A program made the position numbers and the translations under genes. Shown piece by piece: positions 34,721 to 47,205 of a DNA stretch of 59,810 nt (the stretch's first letter is position 1; every line of letters begins with the position of its first letter). Under the pieces are notes generated by a model. The model worked only from the letters and a program-made list of their open reading frames with translations, searched no databases and was not told the DNA's origin. This DNA comes from Thelocarpon superellum (lineage: Eukaryota), in NCBI GenBank assembly GCA_026025795.1, contig JAPEUG010000067.1, positions 1 through 59,810 of the forward strand, given 5' to 3'.

Positions 34721-37175
34721 TCATCGCATGCTTCGGCCCGATCCTACCGACCCAGTCCGCGAATGCTCCTTGCCCGTCGCCGACGACGCCGTGCCCCTTC
34801 GTTCTCGCCCTCCTCCTCCTCCTCCTCCTCCACCCCCCCCACCTCCCCCGCTTCCTTGTACGCCGCCTCCTGCACCCGGCCCGGCACTATTGACTTCGTC
34901 CTGCAGCTTCAGCGCATCTAATCGCTTCTGACTGTCTTGCGTCAGGGGATCGATCCCGTCGTCGAGCCGGGACGGCGCAGCCGCGGTCATGGGCGGCACT
35001 TTGTTGGTCAAGGACGTGCCGGGCCTCGATGACGCCATCGTCCCCTGACGTCGTCGCGCCTGCTCCTCGATTACCTCCCACTTGTTCTTCCGGTTCAGCT
35101 GGCGCTCCTCTGCCGTGTTCTGCATCTCCGTGTAGTCGTGCGAGCACTCGTCGAAGAGCTGCGGGTTGATCTCCATGAAGAGCTTCATCGCGTTGAACAC
35201 CATGCCGTGGATCGTGCTGCCCTCATCAGTCCACAGTCGCCGCACCACGCCGGACCCCTCCTCACTCACCGGTTCCAGTGACCCTTGGAATTCTCGTACA
35301 ATGGGGCAAACATGATGGGCAAGATGGTGACGACGTTGTCGCTGACCAGGTTGCAAAAGTACTCGTTGTTCCAGAAGTACAGCGCCCGTTCCGCCACCTG
35401 GAAATGAGGACTGGCGACGGATTTGGCCAGCTGGTTGAAAAGCGGCTCCTGCACCTTGGCGAACTCTTGCGGGTCCATGACTTCGAAGATGTCCTCCACC
35501 TCGTTCAGGTACATGACCTCCTTGGTGCTGTTGACCTTTGGCCAGTATCGCAACAGTCCCAAAACCACCTATCACGCATGAGCGACGGTCCTCGTCTCCC
35601 GCCGATGCACGCTTACCTCTTCGGTCAAGGCCGCATCCTTCTCCAAGAACTGCACGATGCAGTATGCCAGCTGCGGGTGGTACATGCTGAGGCTCTTGAC
35701 CTTATGCATCGGCAGCAGCACGCGCGTCAGGAAGAGCTTGTGCTCCTCCTTCAGCGGCAGGGCAAAGCCGTTGATGATGGACCCGAGAATCTCCAACAGC
35801 TCGGCGATGCCGTTGAAGCGTTCCGTCTCGTAGACGAATTGGAAGAAGACGTTGTTGATGGACCGACGGATGTAGGAGCGGAGATTGAGGAATTTGCCGT
35901 AGATGCGATGCAGCGTCGTCTTGAGAAAGTCCCGTTCCCGCGGATCTTCCGAGTCGAAGAGCTCGAGCAACTACGTGGCGTTAGCCGTACTCGGGTCCAC
36001 GCGGCGCCGCCGCCATGCCTACCTGCAACACGAACTGATGGTCGATGAATTGCTTGGCGATGTTGGTGTTGAAGTCTTGGCTTTCGATGAAGCGCAGGAA
36101 GAACTCGTACACCACCTGGATGTGGGGCCACGCCACCTCCAGCACCGGCTCGTCCTCCTCGGGATCAAAGGCTTCGCCCTGCGGATTTATCGGCGGCGGG
36201 ATGGGCCGGAAGAGGTTCTTGCTAAACATGTCGACGACGCGCGGATACATGGGTTCCGTGATCACCTGCCGGTTGTTCGCCACGTAGTCCAACAGCTCGT
36301 GCAGCGCCAGGCGTTTGATCTCCTTGGACTTCATGTCTCCGCTGGCGTCGTTGAAGTCGAAGATGACGTTGCACTGGTCGATCTTCTGCATGAAGAGCTC
36401 CTGCCGCCGGTTGGGCGGCACCTCGTGGAAGCCCGGCAGCTTCTCGAGCTCGCGCAGCGGCGAGATGTCGAAGCGGGAGGAGTGCTGTCGTTTCGGCGTG
36501 CGGATACCCTCGGGCACGTCCTTGGGCGTCGTCTGCAGCCGGTCGAACAGCAGCGACTTTTGCCCGGCCTTGGGCGGCGCCAGATCGTGCGGCATCGTCT
36601 CGGCCGCGCCCGGCGGAGGGATGTGCGGCGCGCTCGGGCTGATGACGACGCTGGGCGCGATCTGCGTGCCCTGGCGCGTCGGCGTGCCCGGCGAGGCCAA
36701 GCCGCCGAGGTTGTGCATGCCGCCGTATGCATGTTGTTGCGGCGACAGCATCGGCGGGTTGGCGGCCATGGGATTGAGCGCGCTGGGATGCGGGCCATGG
36801 CTCGCCGGCGCGTGGCTGGCCCCGCCCGGTCCGTTCTCACCTTGAGGGAGTGGCTTGTTCCTCACGTCATTGACGGTCGAGGTCGACGAGGTCGGCGTGC
36901 CATGATTCGAGCTGGCGGGCGACTGGGCGCGGCCCGACGGACCGCCGGAGGAGGACTGCGAGGGCGAGGAGGTGCCGGAGTTGGACTCCTTCTTCTTCGA
37001 GGACTTGTTGGAGTCTTTGGCGCGCGAGAGCTGCTCGTGCTATGCATGTCAGCGCGCGGTCGGTGAGCGAGAGGCCCAGGCCGCGGCCCAGGCACGGCGG
37101 TGAGGGGGCACGGGGAGAGGGCGTGGCTGGAGACAGGGAGCGGGGTCTTACAACGCGCTGTCGAAAGCCCCTCAT
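34721..37175 (-). CDS. RTS1: Protein phosphatase 2A regulatory subunit B'/B56
   Basis: Start MRGFRQRV at 37175. Motifs [81 protein letters not shown]. Four introns at approximately 37040-37151, 35971-36021, 35569-35616 and 35217-35269. Confidence 0.95.
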
Positions 37176-38356
37176 GGTGAAGGTCCGGCGCCGCGCATGC
37201 GCGACCACCAAGCTGGTTGAAGTCGCGGCCGGCCTGCAGGCACACTCCGAGGGACCACCGCGCCGGAGTACGAGCGAGCGAGAGACAGAGAGGCACACGC
37301 GTCCGCCGCGGTCGGGAGTGACGGAGGTTCGGGTGGTTGGAGGCCGAAAGGTCTCGCTCAGCGCGTGCCGCGCGGAGATGAGATGCAGCCCGTGGCTTGA
37401 AGGGGGCTCATCAAGGGAAGGCGGCTGCTTCACGCACGCGACGAATCAACGATGGACGACGGGTGAGAGACGATGGATGATGATGACGAGGGAGGCTGCA
37501 GCCGATGCCGGCACCGCTCGACATCCAGGATGCCTGCGTGACGCAAGGTCTGGGGCGCCGTCGTCGGGGTCCGGATGCAGGTCCGGATGCTCGGTCTGCT
37601 CCACGAGGCTCACACACTCCGACCGGTTCGACGTTGATGCTTAAGCGACGGGGGCAAGTTGGGGCCGCCTCGACACGACACCGTCACGCTGTCTGCGGCT
37701 GCGGGGCGAGGACCAATCGGCAGCCGGATGGCGGGTGAGGTGCATTGGTCGACCGAAGGATCAAAGGAGGGAGATGCCACCGACGTAAAGAGAGATGGGT
37801 CTTAGTGCGGAGCGGTGGTGGTGGTGGTGCCGATGAACTTCAAGACGACGGACCCACGAGAGCGACGACTGCCATCGACTCCAGGCGGACCTTCGGCACC
37901 TCTCCTGACGCTGTACGGCGGTGCGAGTTGGATTTCTTCGGATGTTGTCTCATGGAACGACAGTTGTGGCCCTCACGTGATCTTCTCCGCCAATTTACCT
38001 GGACTTGCGTTGTCTTCGCGTCGGTTCAAGAACGGGCGCCCCGTCCGGCTGGGTAGCAGGTGGGTCGCAGGTAGGTAGGAGCCATGGAGTCACTACGGCG
38101 TACGCGGAACGTGCCTTCATGAAGCCCTCCCGCGCTCCCTTGAGCCTGTCACTTCGCCTAACACGATTCATTTGTCTATCCTTTCCCCCGCCTAAAGTTC
38201 CCTAGGCGAAGACTGAAGGATCACGACGTACCCTTCCATGCATCCACCTTCTCCTGTGACCCACACTGGCTACGTAAACAATTGGATGAACGTTGTAAGG
38301 TCAGTCGCATTGAGCTCGCGGAGGGAAGAATACATACCCTCGATCGAGATGGTGAG

Positions 38357-40376
38357 ATGACGTCACATGTCAACGGGCGTGGTGGGGGAAGTGAAGCCCC
38401 CTGGTATCGCATCCCCCGCAAGACGATTGTAAACGTGGAACACCCGGGCATCGTGCACAGTCTCGAAAAGACGATCAAGACGTTAGGGGGACCTCAAAGT
38501 CTAAAAGAGGTCTGTACTCGGGCTATTCATCCGTCATCATGTGCTCGTGAGGGAGCTGACCTGCATCCGATAGCTGGTCAGTGAACGGAACGAAGCTCCC
38601 GCGGCCAGCTTATATCTACGACCAGACGATCACACCAACCATCCCATCACCGCCGACCCCGTCCGATCCGAGGATGTGCTGTTGAGAGTAACGCTGTCCA
38701 AAAGAACCGGTCGTAAGCGGAAGAGAGGATCGGCGGAACCATATCAGCCCGATGAGTCCATCAGACGTGCCCGCAAAGATGCCCAGTATTATCTCCGAAG
38801 CATGCGAGACTGCCCATCAAGCTACCGCGTGGAAACGGTGGGCGCGGTCCAACGCACGTATCGATTTCGAGGTACCTCACTGGACTGCGAGCATTGTTGC
38901 TTATCCCACCCTGATCATTCGCTAGCGCTCTCGGACTTCCAGCACAGCACGGAGAACAGTCCGTTCATGAACAAGATGAGAGACACGTTGCTCCAGTACG
39001 ATTATCCCAAGCTTAAGAACTTCCGACTGGATCCCAGTCGAGGAGTGAAGTCCCCAGAAGATTTGATTCCACCACCGACGATCACGCCACAGACGGTGCC
39101 GTTCAACTATTCGTAAGGACCCAATGCCTTCCATCTGAGAAAAAACCCCTGGCTTACCATCCACAGATACCTGCAGAACCCCGCGGTCAAGTTCGCGCTC
39201 GACGCCACGGGTAAGGCGGTGCTTACCAACCTGTCCACGGCGCAGAAGATCTTGACCGTCATGGTGACGCATGACGACGCCGAGATTCCCACCACGTACA
39301 ACCCCCAACTACCCGATCTCAGAACGCAAGACCCCAAGGTGCAACGCACCGTGCACCGCGTGGAGGAGCTGATGCAGGAACGGCCGATCTGGACGCGACG
39401 AGCCCTCGGTAACCAGCTGGACGACAACACGGAGACGATCAACAAGGCCTCCTTCCAGTACGTTGGCTACATGTTTCGCTCCGGGCCGTGGCGCGAAGCG
39501 CTGGTACGGTTTGGCGTTGACCCGCGCACCGATGCGAAGTACCGGATCTACCAGACCATGATGTTCCAGATCTCCACCAAGGACGCGGAGCGGGGCCAGA
39601 CGAAGTGGGAGGAGGAACGCACGAAATACCGCCGGAGCAAGAGAGGCAAGATGCGCGAGATGACGAGCCACATCTTCGACGGGAAGGGCATCTGTCTCGA
39701 CGGCAAAGTGTGGCAAGTATGCGACATCACGGACCCGATACTGGCGCACCTGCTGGCAACGACCAATCTGCGCCCGGAGTGCGACACGCGCTACGACGGC
39801 TGGTACCAGAACGGCACGTGGGCGAAAGTGAAGACGATTATGAAGGAGAAGGTGAAGGCGCTGATCGGCGGCCGTCAGACGTCGACCGTCGACCTGGCCA
39901 AGCTCCTGCAGCTGCCGGACATCATCAACGATGCGACGCGCGACCAGACCGTCCTGCCGCGTGGCGCCAACGCCCGCGAAATCGAAATGGCCACGGAAAT
40001 CCGCGTCAAGGCCAGCCACGGTATGAGCCAGGCCCAGATCCACGCGCCGCGTCACGGTCCGGCGAGTCGCGCCAGGTGGCGGCCGGGCGGGCCCGGTGAC
40101 GTGGGCGGGGAAAGCCCGGGTGCACATCTGCCAGATGCGGCGGCCGCTGGGCGTCATGAGGCGCGAGTCGAGGAAGCGATGGAGGCGTTCGGACGGGCCG
40201 GCATGGACGTAGAGGACGTGAGTGAGGACGACGAGGAAGATGAAGACGAAGAGGATGAAGACGAAGACGACGACGACGACGATGTCGATGAAGGAGTCCA
40301 TGACGGAGGGATGGAGATAGAGGATGGCGAAGATGATGGCGAGGACGTGGACGGAGATGACGACGATCAGACTTGA
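38357..40376 (+). CDS. TFC1: RNA polymerase III transcription factor TFIIIC subunit 5 (tau95/Tfc1/Sfc1)
   Basis: Motifs VEHPGIV, KTLGG, LYLRPDD, FR|ALSDFQ, ERPIWTRRAL, YMFRSGPWR, FGVDPR, YRIYQT, plus an acidic tail. Introns 38510-38573, 38872-38925, 39113-39166. Confidence 0.88.
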
Positions 40377-40723
40377 GTCCTGCTGCGAGGCTCATGCGCC
40401 ATTACTTTTTAGATGGGAACATATGACCTACGTGCAGCAGCATCTGACCCTTGATTACCCGCGGAGGTTCTCCGTCTCGCAGTCAAGTCTCGGTACAGGC
40501 AAAGCAGAATTAGCATTGCTACGCCAGGATACGCCGACCGCGTTGTCCCATCCCGTCCTTATCCTAGCACAACAGACAGGGATTATGTACAGACAAGAGC
40601 ATTCAGTCACAGGCGGGTAGGAATGTAGGAGGCCGAGTGCTGAGGGGAGGGTAGGGCAGGGATAGGGGTGATCAAGGACGATGCTCATAGGGGGTAGGAG
40701 ACGGTGAGAAGGATGGAGCAGCT

Positions 40724-42132
40724 TCACATTATCAAGACGTCCGCCTTTCTCTTCTCGCTTCCGCTGCCTTCCACGGTCGGCGTGTCTGCGTCGCCATCCG
40801 CGCTGCCACTCTCCCAGATCTCAATGTCCGCTGAGTCGTCGGCCTTGCCGCCGAATTTCTTCAGGGTTGAAGAGACAGCCAAAGGCCATTCAGGGCACGG
40901 GTGGCTCTCAGCCTCGGCCTTCGGGCTGTTCTGCGCCGCGGACGTGAACGGATTGGTGCGGGGCGCCGGGAGCTGAGGCGCCTGAAAGCCCTTGCACTTC
41001 TCCGCGCTGGGGGCCGTGACGAGCAGGAACGAAGACGAGTCATCGTGGAAGTCGGACGGAGGCAGGTCGGCCAAAGGGGCGCGGTACGGCGCGAAAGGGT
41101 TTGTGGCACGCTTGGTCTGCCGGACGCGGCGGGTCTTGGTCGGGACGTCGCCAGCGCTGGACGCTGGGGGAGACATGGACACGGTCTCGGTGGAGGTGGG
41201 GACGGCCTCGGTCGACACCTGGGCGGGAGGGATGTTCTCCTTGCCACGGTCGTGCATCTCCCGACGGCGCCCCTCGTCATCGGAGATGTCCAGGGCACTC
41301 GTCGAGAACTCCATGATGTTGGTGAGCGTGTCCTCGAGCGTGTCCTCGTGGATGTCGAAGAACCAGTTGCGTGGCATGGAGGACTCGTCTACGGCGGGGA
41401 GGGGGTCGGCGTTGCCGAGCATCGCAGCCACGCGGGACCCAGCGCTCGTTCCACTGACGGTGGCACTGAGCGCGGCATCGAGGGACAAGGGGCTGGCATC
41501 GCGGAGACTGGCAGGGGGGTCGATGCGAGTGAAGGGTGACGCGGTCCGACGTCCCGTGAGGATCCCGATGCTCTTACTCTTCGGGGAACGGCCGGCCGCC
41601 GGAGTCACCTTGCGAGCCGGCTCACGCTTCGGGATGGGGCAGCTGCTAGGCGTCTGGGCCTTGTGCAGCCGGGACACGGGGACACGGGTGGCACGCTTGA
41701 CCGTGGACGAGGGCTTGATCGGATTGCGCAGGTCATCCGGCGAGGGCGGAGCATCGGTCAAGATGAACTTGGCACTCTTGGTTGGCGTGGTGAGATTGAC
41801 CTTGGAGGCCGAAGCACCATACAGGCCAATGGTATTCTTGGCACGCTTGGACGAGCCAAACATGGAGGGATCAACGTTCTCCGAGTCCTCGTCCGCAAAG
41901 GCCGCGTGTGAGTGACGACGCTTGGTCGACGAGGCGCCTTCCGCTTTCAATCCTGTGGAAAGAGGTCAGATCACGTCACGTCCAGGTGGCATAGAGCGAT
42001 CACGACGATCCCCAAGCCGGCGAGCCTCCTACCATTCTGACGGTTCTTCATGTTTTGGATATTCTGCAGACGACCACCATCGAGACTACCGAAGGGCTGT
42101 CGAGCGACCGACAGAGGAGCCATCGTTGCCAT
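40724..42132 (-). CDS. Hypothetical disordered protein (442 aa) with ABBA, KEN and D-box motifs; candidate Acm1-like APC/C regulator
   Basis: Exon 1 (42033-42132, MATMAPLSVARQPF...KNRQNG), intron 41953-42032 and exon 2 (40724-41952) join in frame. Contains FDIHED, KENIPP, RAPLADL and many SP/TP sites. Confidence refers to the gene model; the function is inference. Confidence 0.82.
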
Positions 42133-42443
42133 GTTCCCGATCGCTGGCCACCGTGCGTAGGTGAAGAGGAGGGATGTATTCGATGGTTGGCGGTATGGCT
42201 CTTTGAAGGTGAGAAGGACCAGACCACAACACACAACACACAGTACGCAATGCACAACACACGGTTGCCGGACAGACGACGCTCTCCACGCTCAGGACGA
42301 CGAGAGGAGCAACACGACGGCCGTCAGAAGAGTGAGGGGCCGGGAGGGTTAATATGAGGCTGCCGACGCAGAGGGAGGGTTGGCACTGGCACAAACCGGA
42401 AACTTATCACCGTTGCAGCTCATGCGTGGACCAGGATGGGCCG

Positions 42444-42922
42444 CGCGAAATGAGGAGCAGCCGGGCGGCATTGGGAGGCGGACCACGGTAGCATAGTACG
42501 CGATGAAGCGTGTCCGTGTGGCGATAGATCCAATGGCAGACGTGCATTACACTCCAAGACCCTTTTCTCTACGTCCTCGGTAGGCTACGCCGCGGTCGGG
42601 TGGGAGAGGGGCAGGCTTCCGAGCAGCAGCCCGCAGGCGTCGCGGCGTGTCTTGGACGCGATGTGCGCGAAAGGGGACGCGATGAATGGTCGAGCGTGGC
42701 TAGCGGAGTGGCCAAGCGGTAGGACGGAGCATGGGAAGCGGTGAGGTGCAGCCTTGGGGCCAAAGTCAAATGGCCCGTCTGAGCACCCGCCTGCCCCAGC
42801 CTGACCCCGTCGACCAGGCGGAGCCGGCGGCGCTGCGTGCCAGGCAAAGCCCGCGCTGCAAGGGTGCAAGGCACGACGTGATGCACTGCCGATCGAGGCC
42901 GCGGATAGGCCAATTCACGCGT
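42444..42922. promoter_or_regulatory. SCB/MCB-like G1/S elements upstream of the 40724-42132 gene
   Basis: CGCGAAA at 42444-42450 and 42666-42672, ACGCGA at ~42498, ~42656 and ~42677, ACGCGT at ~42917. The GC-rich background weakens significance. Confidence 0.4.
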
Positions 42923-44090
42923 CATCTCCCGGGAGGCCACGGCGGGCTTGGGGCGAGTTGGGAACACGGAGATGCCTGGTCCGGTTAGCTGCCTCATCGC
43001 TTCCTCTCCACGCGCCCTCCTTCCCACCAATGCCGACAAGATGACGGACTGCAACATCGACGAAACGACGCAATGGGTTCTCTGCTCGCGCTGAGGCTGG
43101 CCTTATCACGAGAGCATTGTCGGAGAGCTGTCACAGCGCGAGGTGAGGGATTTGCATGAAACGGACGACGGCGATAAATTCTATTCACATGGAGGTCAAT
43201 ACCGTTGACTACACGAGGATACCGTCTTACTACGACTACTCACGGAACCTCGAACCTCGTCAGTGGTCGACACGAGGCCCCTACAAGAACGCCAAAGACT
43301 CGGCCTCTTAGCGTACGTCATGGAGCATGCGGTGGTTCCTCTTCATCGGTTGCTGCACCGCGTACGATTCTTCACGAGATGCTTCATGAGCTGTAGTCTT
43401 TACTTGCGCTTTGCTGGTGAGGTGGACGGGCATTTATCAGTGGGAGGATGGGATAATCCTCTAGCTGTCCCCCGACTCGGGCCGATCCCGGAGAACCCTT
43501 TAGCGTCAGGCGAAAAACGGGCAACAATGCCTTGAATGTGTTGTGCCGGCGACGTATGCAGATTCCTGGTCCAAGTCTATCGTAATCTCGAGCCAATAAT
43601 GTAGAATCTTGAGCATGCTGATCCTGATAGATGGAATCCCTCATCGGCGGCGATGACCCAAGGATCGCACCCAGCGCCGAGGAAACACGTAGCCTTCACA
43701 ATTCCTCCATCCCATATCTCCACCGCCATTTGAACTTCAAGAGCCACAGCTTGAACGAAGGGACGTGGGCCTGAGCGGCTTTTGCCCAGACCACGGACTC
43801 GGTAGATGTTTGTAGCGGCGACGTACTGGGTACGAGTACCGCCCAGGCTGGGTGCCACATGCGGACGACGCGTGACGCGAGTTGACGGCCCCACCGCGGC
43901 GCGTCGTATCTCCCAGGAGCGAATTCAATCTCGGCCTCGAACAATACTCGCACGACTCGCACCGTTCCAGAAGGCATGCAGCTAATGGAGGACTCCTCAA
44001 GCCCGTATCCATGGACAGGTCCTCATATCCAATCCTTTCCCAACCACGGCGTGCTCCCCGAACGACCCGAGGTTGCGTCTGGCTCCAACC

Positions 44091-45074
44091 ATGTCCGAGC
44101 TACCCCTCATCTTAGTCATTGGCTCCTTGAACATCGACCTCATCACCCGCACCTCTCGACTTCCCCGGCCAGGCGAAACCCTGACCGCCCGCTCCTTTGC
44201 CACCGGATGTGGGGGCAAGGGCGCCAACCAGGCGGTGGCCTGCGCCCGGCTCTCGACCCACGGACCAGACCCGGCGGGGTCAGGTCCGGGTCGAGTCTCC
44301 AAGATTGCCCGGGTCAAGATGATAGGCATGGTGGGCGAGGATGAATTCGGCCCCTCCTTGATTGACGCGCTGCGGCGAGACGGCGTCGATGTCACAGACA
44401 TCCAGCTCCTAGGCGCCACCAAGACCGGCGTGGCGTGCGTCATCGTGGAGGATGACACGGGCGAGAACCGGATCATGATCTCGCCCAATGCGAACGCGCG
44501 CGTGAGACCGGAGCAGTTCCATGCGCTTCCGGCGCCGCTCCCTGCCCTCATCGTCTTGCAGCTGGAGATCCCCGTGGAGACGGTGATGCAGATCTTGTGC
44601 GTGGCACGCGATCGGGGCGTCGCGGTGCTGCTGAGCCCCGCCCCCGCGCGGCCCCTGTCTCCTGAGGTCTATCCGGCGGTGACGCACCTGATCCTTAATC
44701 AATCCGAAGCGGCGACCTTGTCAGGCAAGGCTGAGGGCGAGCTGAACCAGAGCGGGGCTCTAGACGACGTCGCAGACCAGTTCCTCGCCTGGGGTGTTCA
44801 GCACGTCGTCGTCACCCTGGGAGCAAAGGGCGCGTTTTACGCCTCGTCGCGCACCCGGGGGCTGGCACCGGTGCCGCCAGCCGACGCCGTGGATACGACG
44901 GGCGCCGGTGACACCTTTGTGGGCGCGTACGCCGTCCAAGCGGTTACGTCTACGCCCGCGACCTTCGACATGGCTAACGCCGTCACCTTTGCCAATCGAG
45001 CCGCGGCAAAAAGTGTCGAGCGGCATGGCGCACAGGACGCCATCCCTTGGCTCTCCGAGGTTGAGCGAGAATGA
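44091..45074 (+). CDS. RBK1: Ribokinase (PfkB family)
   Basis: Motifs VIGSLNIDL, GGKGANQAVACARL, GENRIMI, LQLEIP, VVVTLGAKGA, DTTGAGDTFVG. Intronless, ATG at 44091. Confidence 0.92.
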   Translation: MSELPLILVIGSLNIDLITRTSRLPRPGETLTARSFATGCGGKGANQAVACARLSTHGPDPAGSGPGRVSKIARVKMIGMVGEDEFGPSLIDALRRDGVDVTDIQLLGATKTGVACVIVEDDTGENRIMISPNANARVRPEQFHALPAPLPALIVLQLEIPVETVMQILCVARDRGVAVLLSPAPARPLSPEVYPAVTHLILNQSEAATLSGKAEGELNQSGALDDVADQFLAWGVQHVVVTLGAKGAFYASSRTRGLAPVPPADAVDTTGAGDTFVGAYAVQAVTSTPATFDMANAVTFANRAAAKSVERHGAQDAIPWLSEVERE

Positions 45075-45252
45075 CCTTGCACGGAGCTGCAGACGTCGTG
45101 GATGCAACGGCAGGTAGTAAACATGTGATGACCTGACGGCGTGGAATGCCCGATGACCCAGCGCCCCAATCCCTTTGACCCACGACGCGTATGTACAGAT
45201 GGGATAACAACAACAAGCACGCCTCTCCACCATCGTCGTCCCTATATTTCTC

Positions 45253-46890
45253 TCAGAGCAGGCCTTGTTTCTGGAGACTGTCGCCAGTGATTAGCGTACC
45301 GCCAACCACCACGGCAGGAGAGGATGACTCACTCATAGTAGACCTTTTCTGGCATGACATTCCCGTCGGCGTCTTCCATCTGGACGACGTTTTCCGTCGA
45401 CGACTTCTCTTTCTTCTGGTCGCGCTGGATCTTATCCCACAGCTTGAGGGCATCCTCGATCTGCGTGATCTCTCGGAAAAGGGTGGTGTTGGTGATGCCG
45501 AGACACTTCAGGCCATAGATGTGACGCGCCTCGTTGAAGTGCTTGTCGAACGCCCGTCGGCCCATGTAGACGAAGTTGCCGCAGATCTCGCACGTCAGCT
45601 CCACCCCGAGCCCGTGCAGCTTGTACAGCCAGTAGGGGATGGGCTTGCCGTCCCACGCCAGCGGCAGCTTCAGCGGATTGTAGATCTTTTCGTCGCCCTC
45701 CGAGTCCGACTCGTCCTCGCCGCCGGGAGCTGTGGGCTCGGTCGACTCGGCGAACAGCGTGTCGAGCTCCATCTGCCGTTCTCGTTCCGTCATGCCCTGC
45801 TTTCGCTCGACGTTGACCCGCGTGTCGCTCTTCTGTTGCTGCATGGCGCCGGCCATGCGTCGCACGCGATACTCGCGCTCCGCTACGGCCCGCTCTTTCA
45901 GCCGCAGCTGCGCCTTGGCCTTTCCGGCGCTCGCGCCACTGGTGCCTCCGTTCGCTGCGCCGTTGGCCGGGCATTTGCCTGCAGCCCGGGCCTCGACCGC
46001 GCGCAGATGTTTCTTGCCACTCAGGTGATTGCGGTACACGTTCTCGTTCTGGAACGCCTTCTCGCAGTCCGCGCACCAGATTCCGTCCCCGCTCTCGTCC
46101 ATGGCCTTGCGCTCCGCTTGGCCCTGCGAGGTGCTGTCGTCCCCCCAACCAGGGACCTCGTTCGCGTCCCACGCGGCGACGAAGTCGGTATCGATGCTGG
46201 CGAAGAGTTTGTCCAGAGCCTCGAGCGGCCGGGTCCGTCGCAGAAACCCTTCCAGATATGTGGCCAGCGCGCCGACGTAATTGAAATATTGATCCGTCGT
46301 CTTGTCCGTTCGCCGAATGGGGCATTGAGGAGGGGTGAAGATGTCAAAGGTGTCTAGGTATTGGAGGTAGGTCAAGCGCTTGACCCCGGCCAGGTTTAGG
46401 TAGTCCTCGTGCAACGTCGTGAGATCGAGGAACCGTCCGTACGCCTCTTCGCCCGTGAACATGTTGTCGATCTCGGCCGCGGCGAGGTCACTGTCCCCCG
46501 GCACCTTCTTCCGGTATGCTCGCTCCAGGTTTTCCACCGGTTCGTTGGGATAGCGGCGATGGAAGTCTTTGATCTCGTCCAGCTGCTTGTAAAACTCGTC
46601 AAACGGATCGCCCGTCGAGATGGCCTGAATCTCCTGCCGCCGCACGCCATCGGTGTCGTTGTAGATCTCGAGGAGCCGCTTCGACTGGTCTTGGATCCGC
46701 GTCAAGAAGCCCGAAATCTGGTGGTCACGGCTTAATCGATCGCGCAGCTGCGGCCAATCCTGTCAGTAGATCCGGTGGCGTTGCGGACCGCGGAGCTCAC
46801 CTGTCGAGGATCGTCGGCCACACGGTCACTGATGCCCTGCTCCAGCCTCTCCAGGTCCTCATGCAGAAATCTCTGCTCTTCGAGCAACAT
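45253..46890 (-). CDS. PRP9: U2 snRNP splicing factor SF3a60/Prp9/Sap61
   Basis: Start MLLEEQRFLHEDLERLEQ. Motifs FTGEEAYGRFLDL, IYNPLKLPLAWDGKPIPYWLYKLHGL, zinc finger CEICGN, end VYYD|LQKQGLL. Introns 46748-46800 and ~45278-45333. Confidence 0.95.
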
Positions 46891-47205
46891 CTTGTCGAGC
46901 TTTGATCTAGTGGATGCTGTTGGACGACCTGCTCGTCTTCTCTCCGTGTGTCACGGTGATAGCTTGACGTTGCTGGTAGCTGCGATCAAAAGTTCGGGTG
47001 GACTGGAGGAAGCGAGTGTGACGGTTGTTCGACCAATGAGAGGCCACGATTAAATCATTTTCTCTCGACTGGCGAACACAACCACTCGCCCTCCCTTACC
47101 CGCACAAGACCTATCATCCGCTCCATCCCATCCCACCCCACTCCACCCCAACAGAAATCTTGACCTTGCGGTATCGCACCATTTGGCTCAGAAGCAGTAG
47201 TCACA

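Noticed and set aside
5..42132. CDC16 (an APC/C subunit) in the same window as the Acm1-like gene
   Set aside because: They are about 39 kb and 10 unrelated genes apart, with no evidence of a functional cluster.
42950..44050. Short ORFs between the Acm1-like gene and RBK1
   Set aside because: No codon bias, motifs or coherent splice structure; treated as intergenic.
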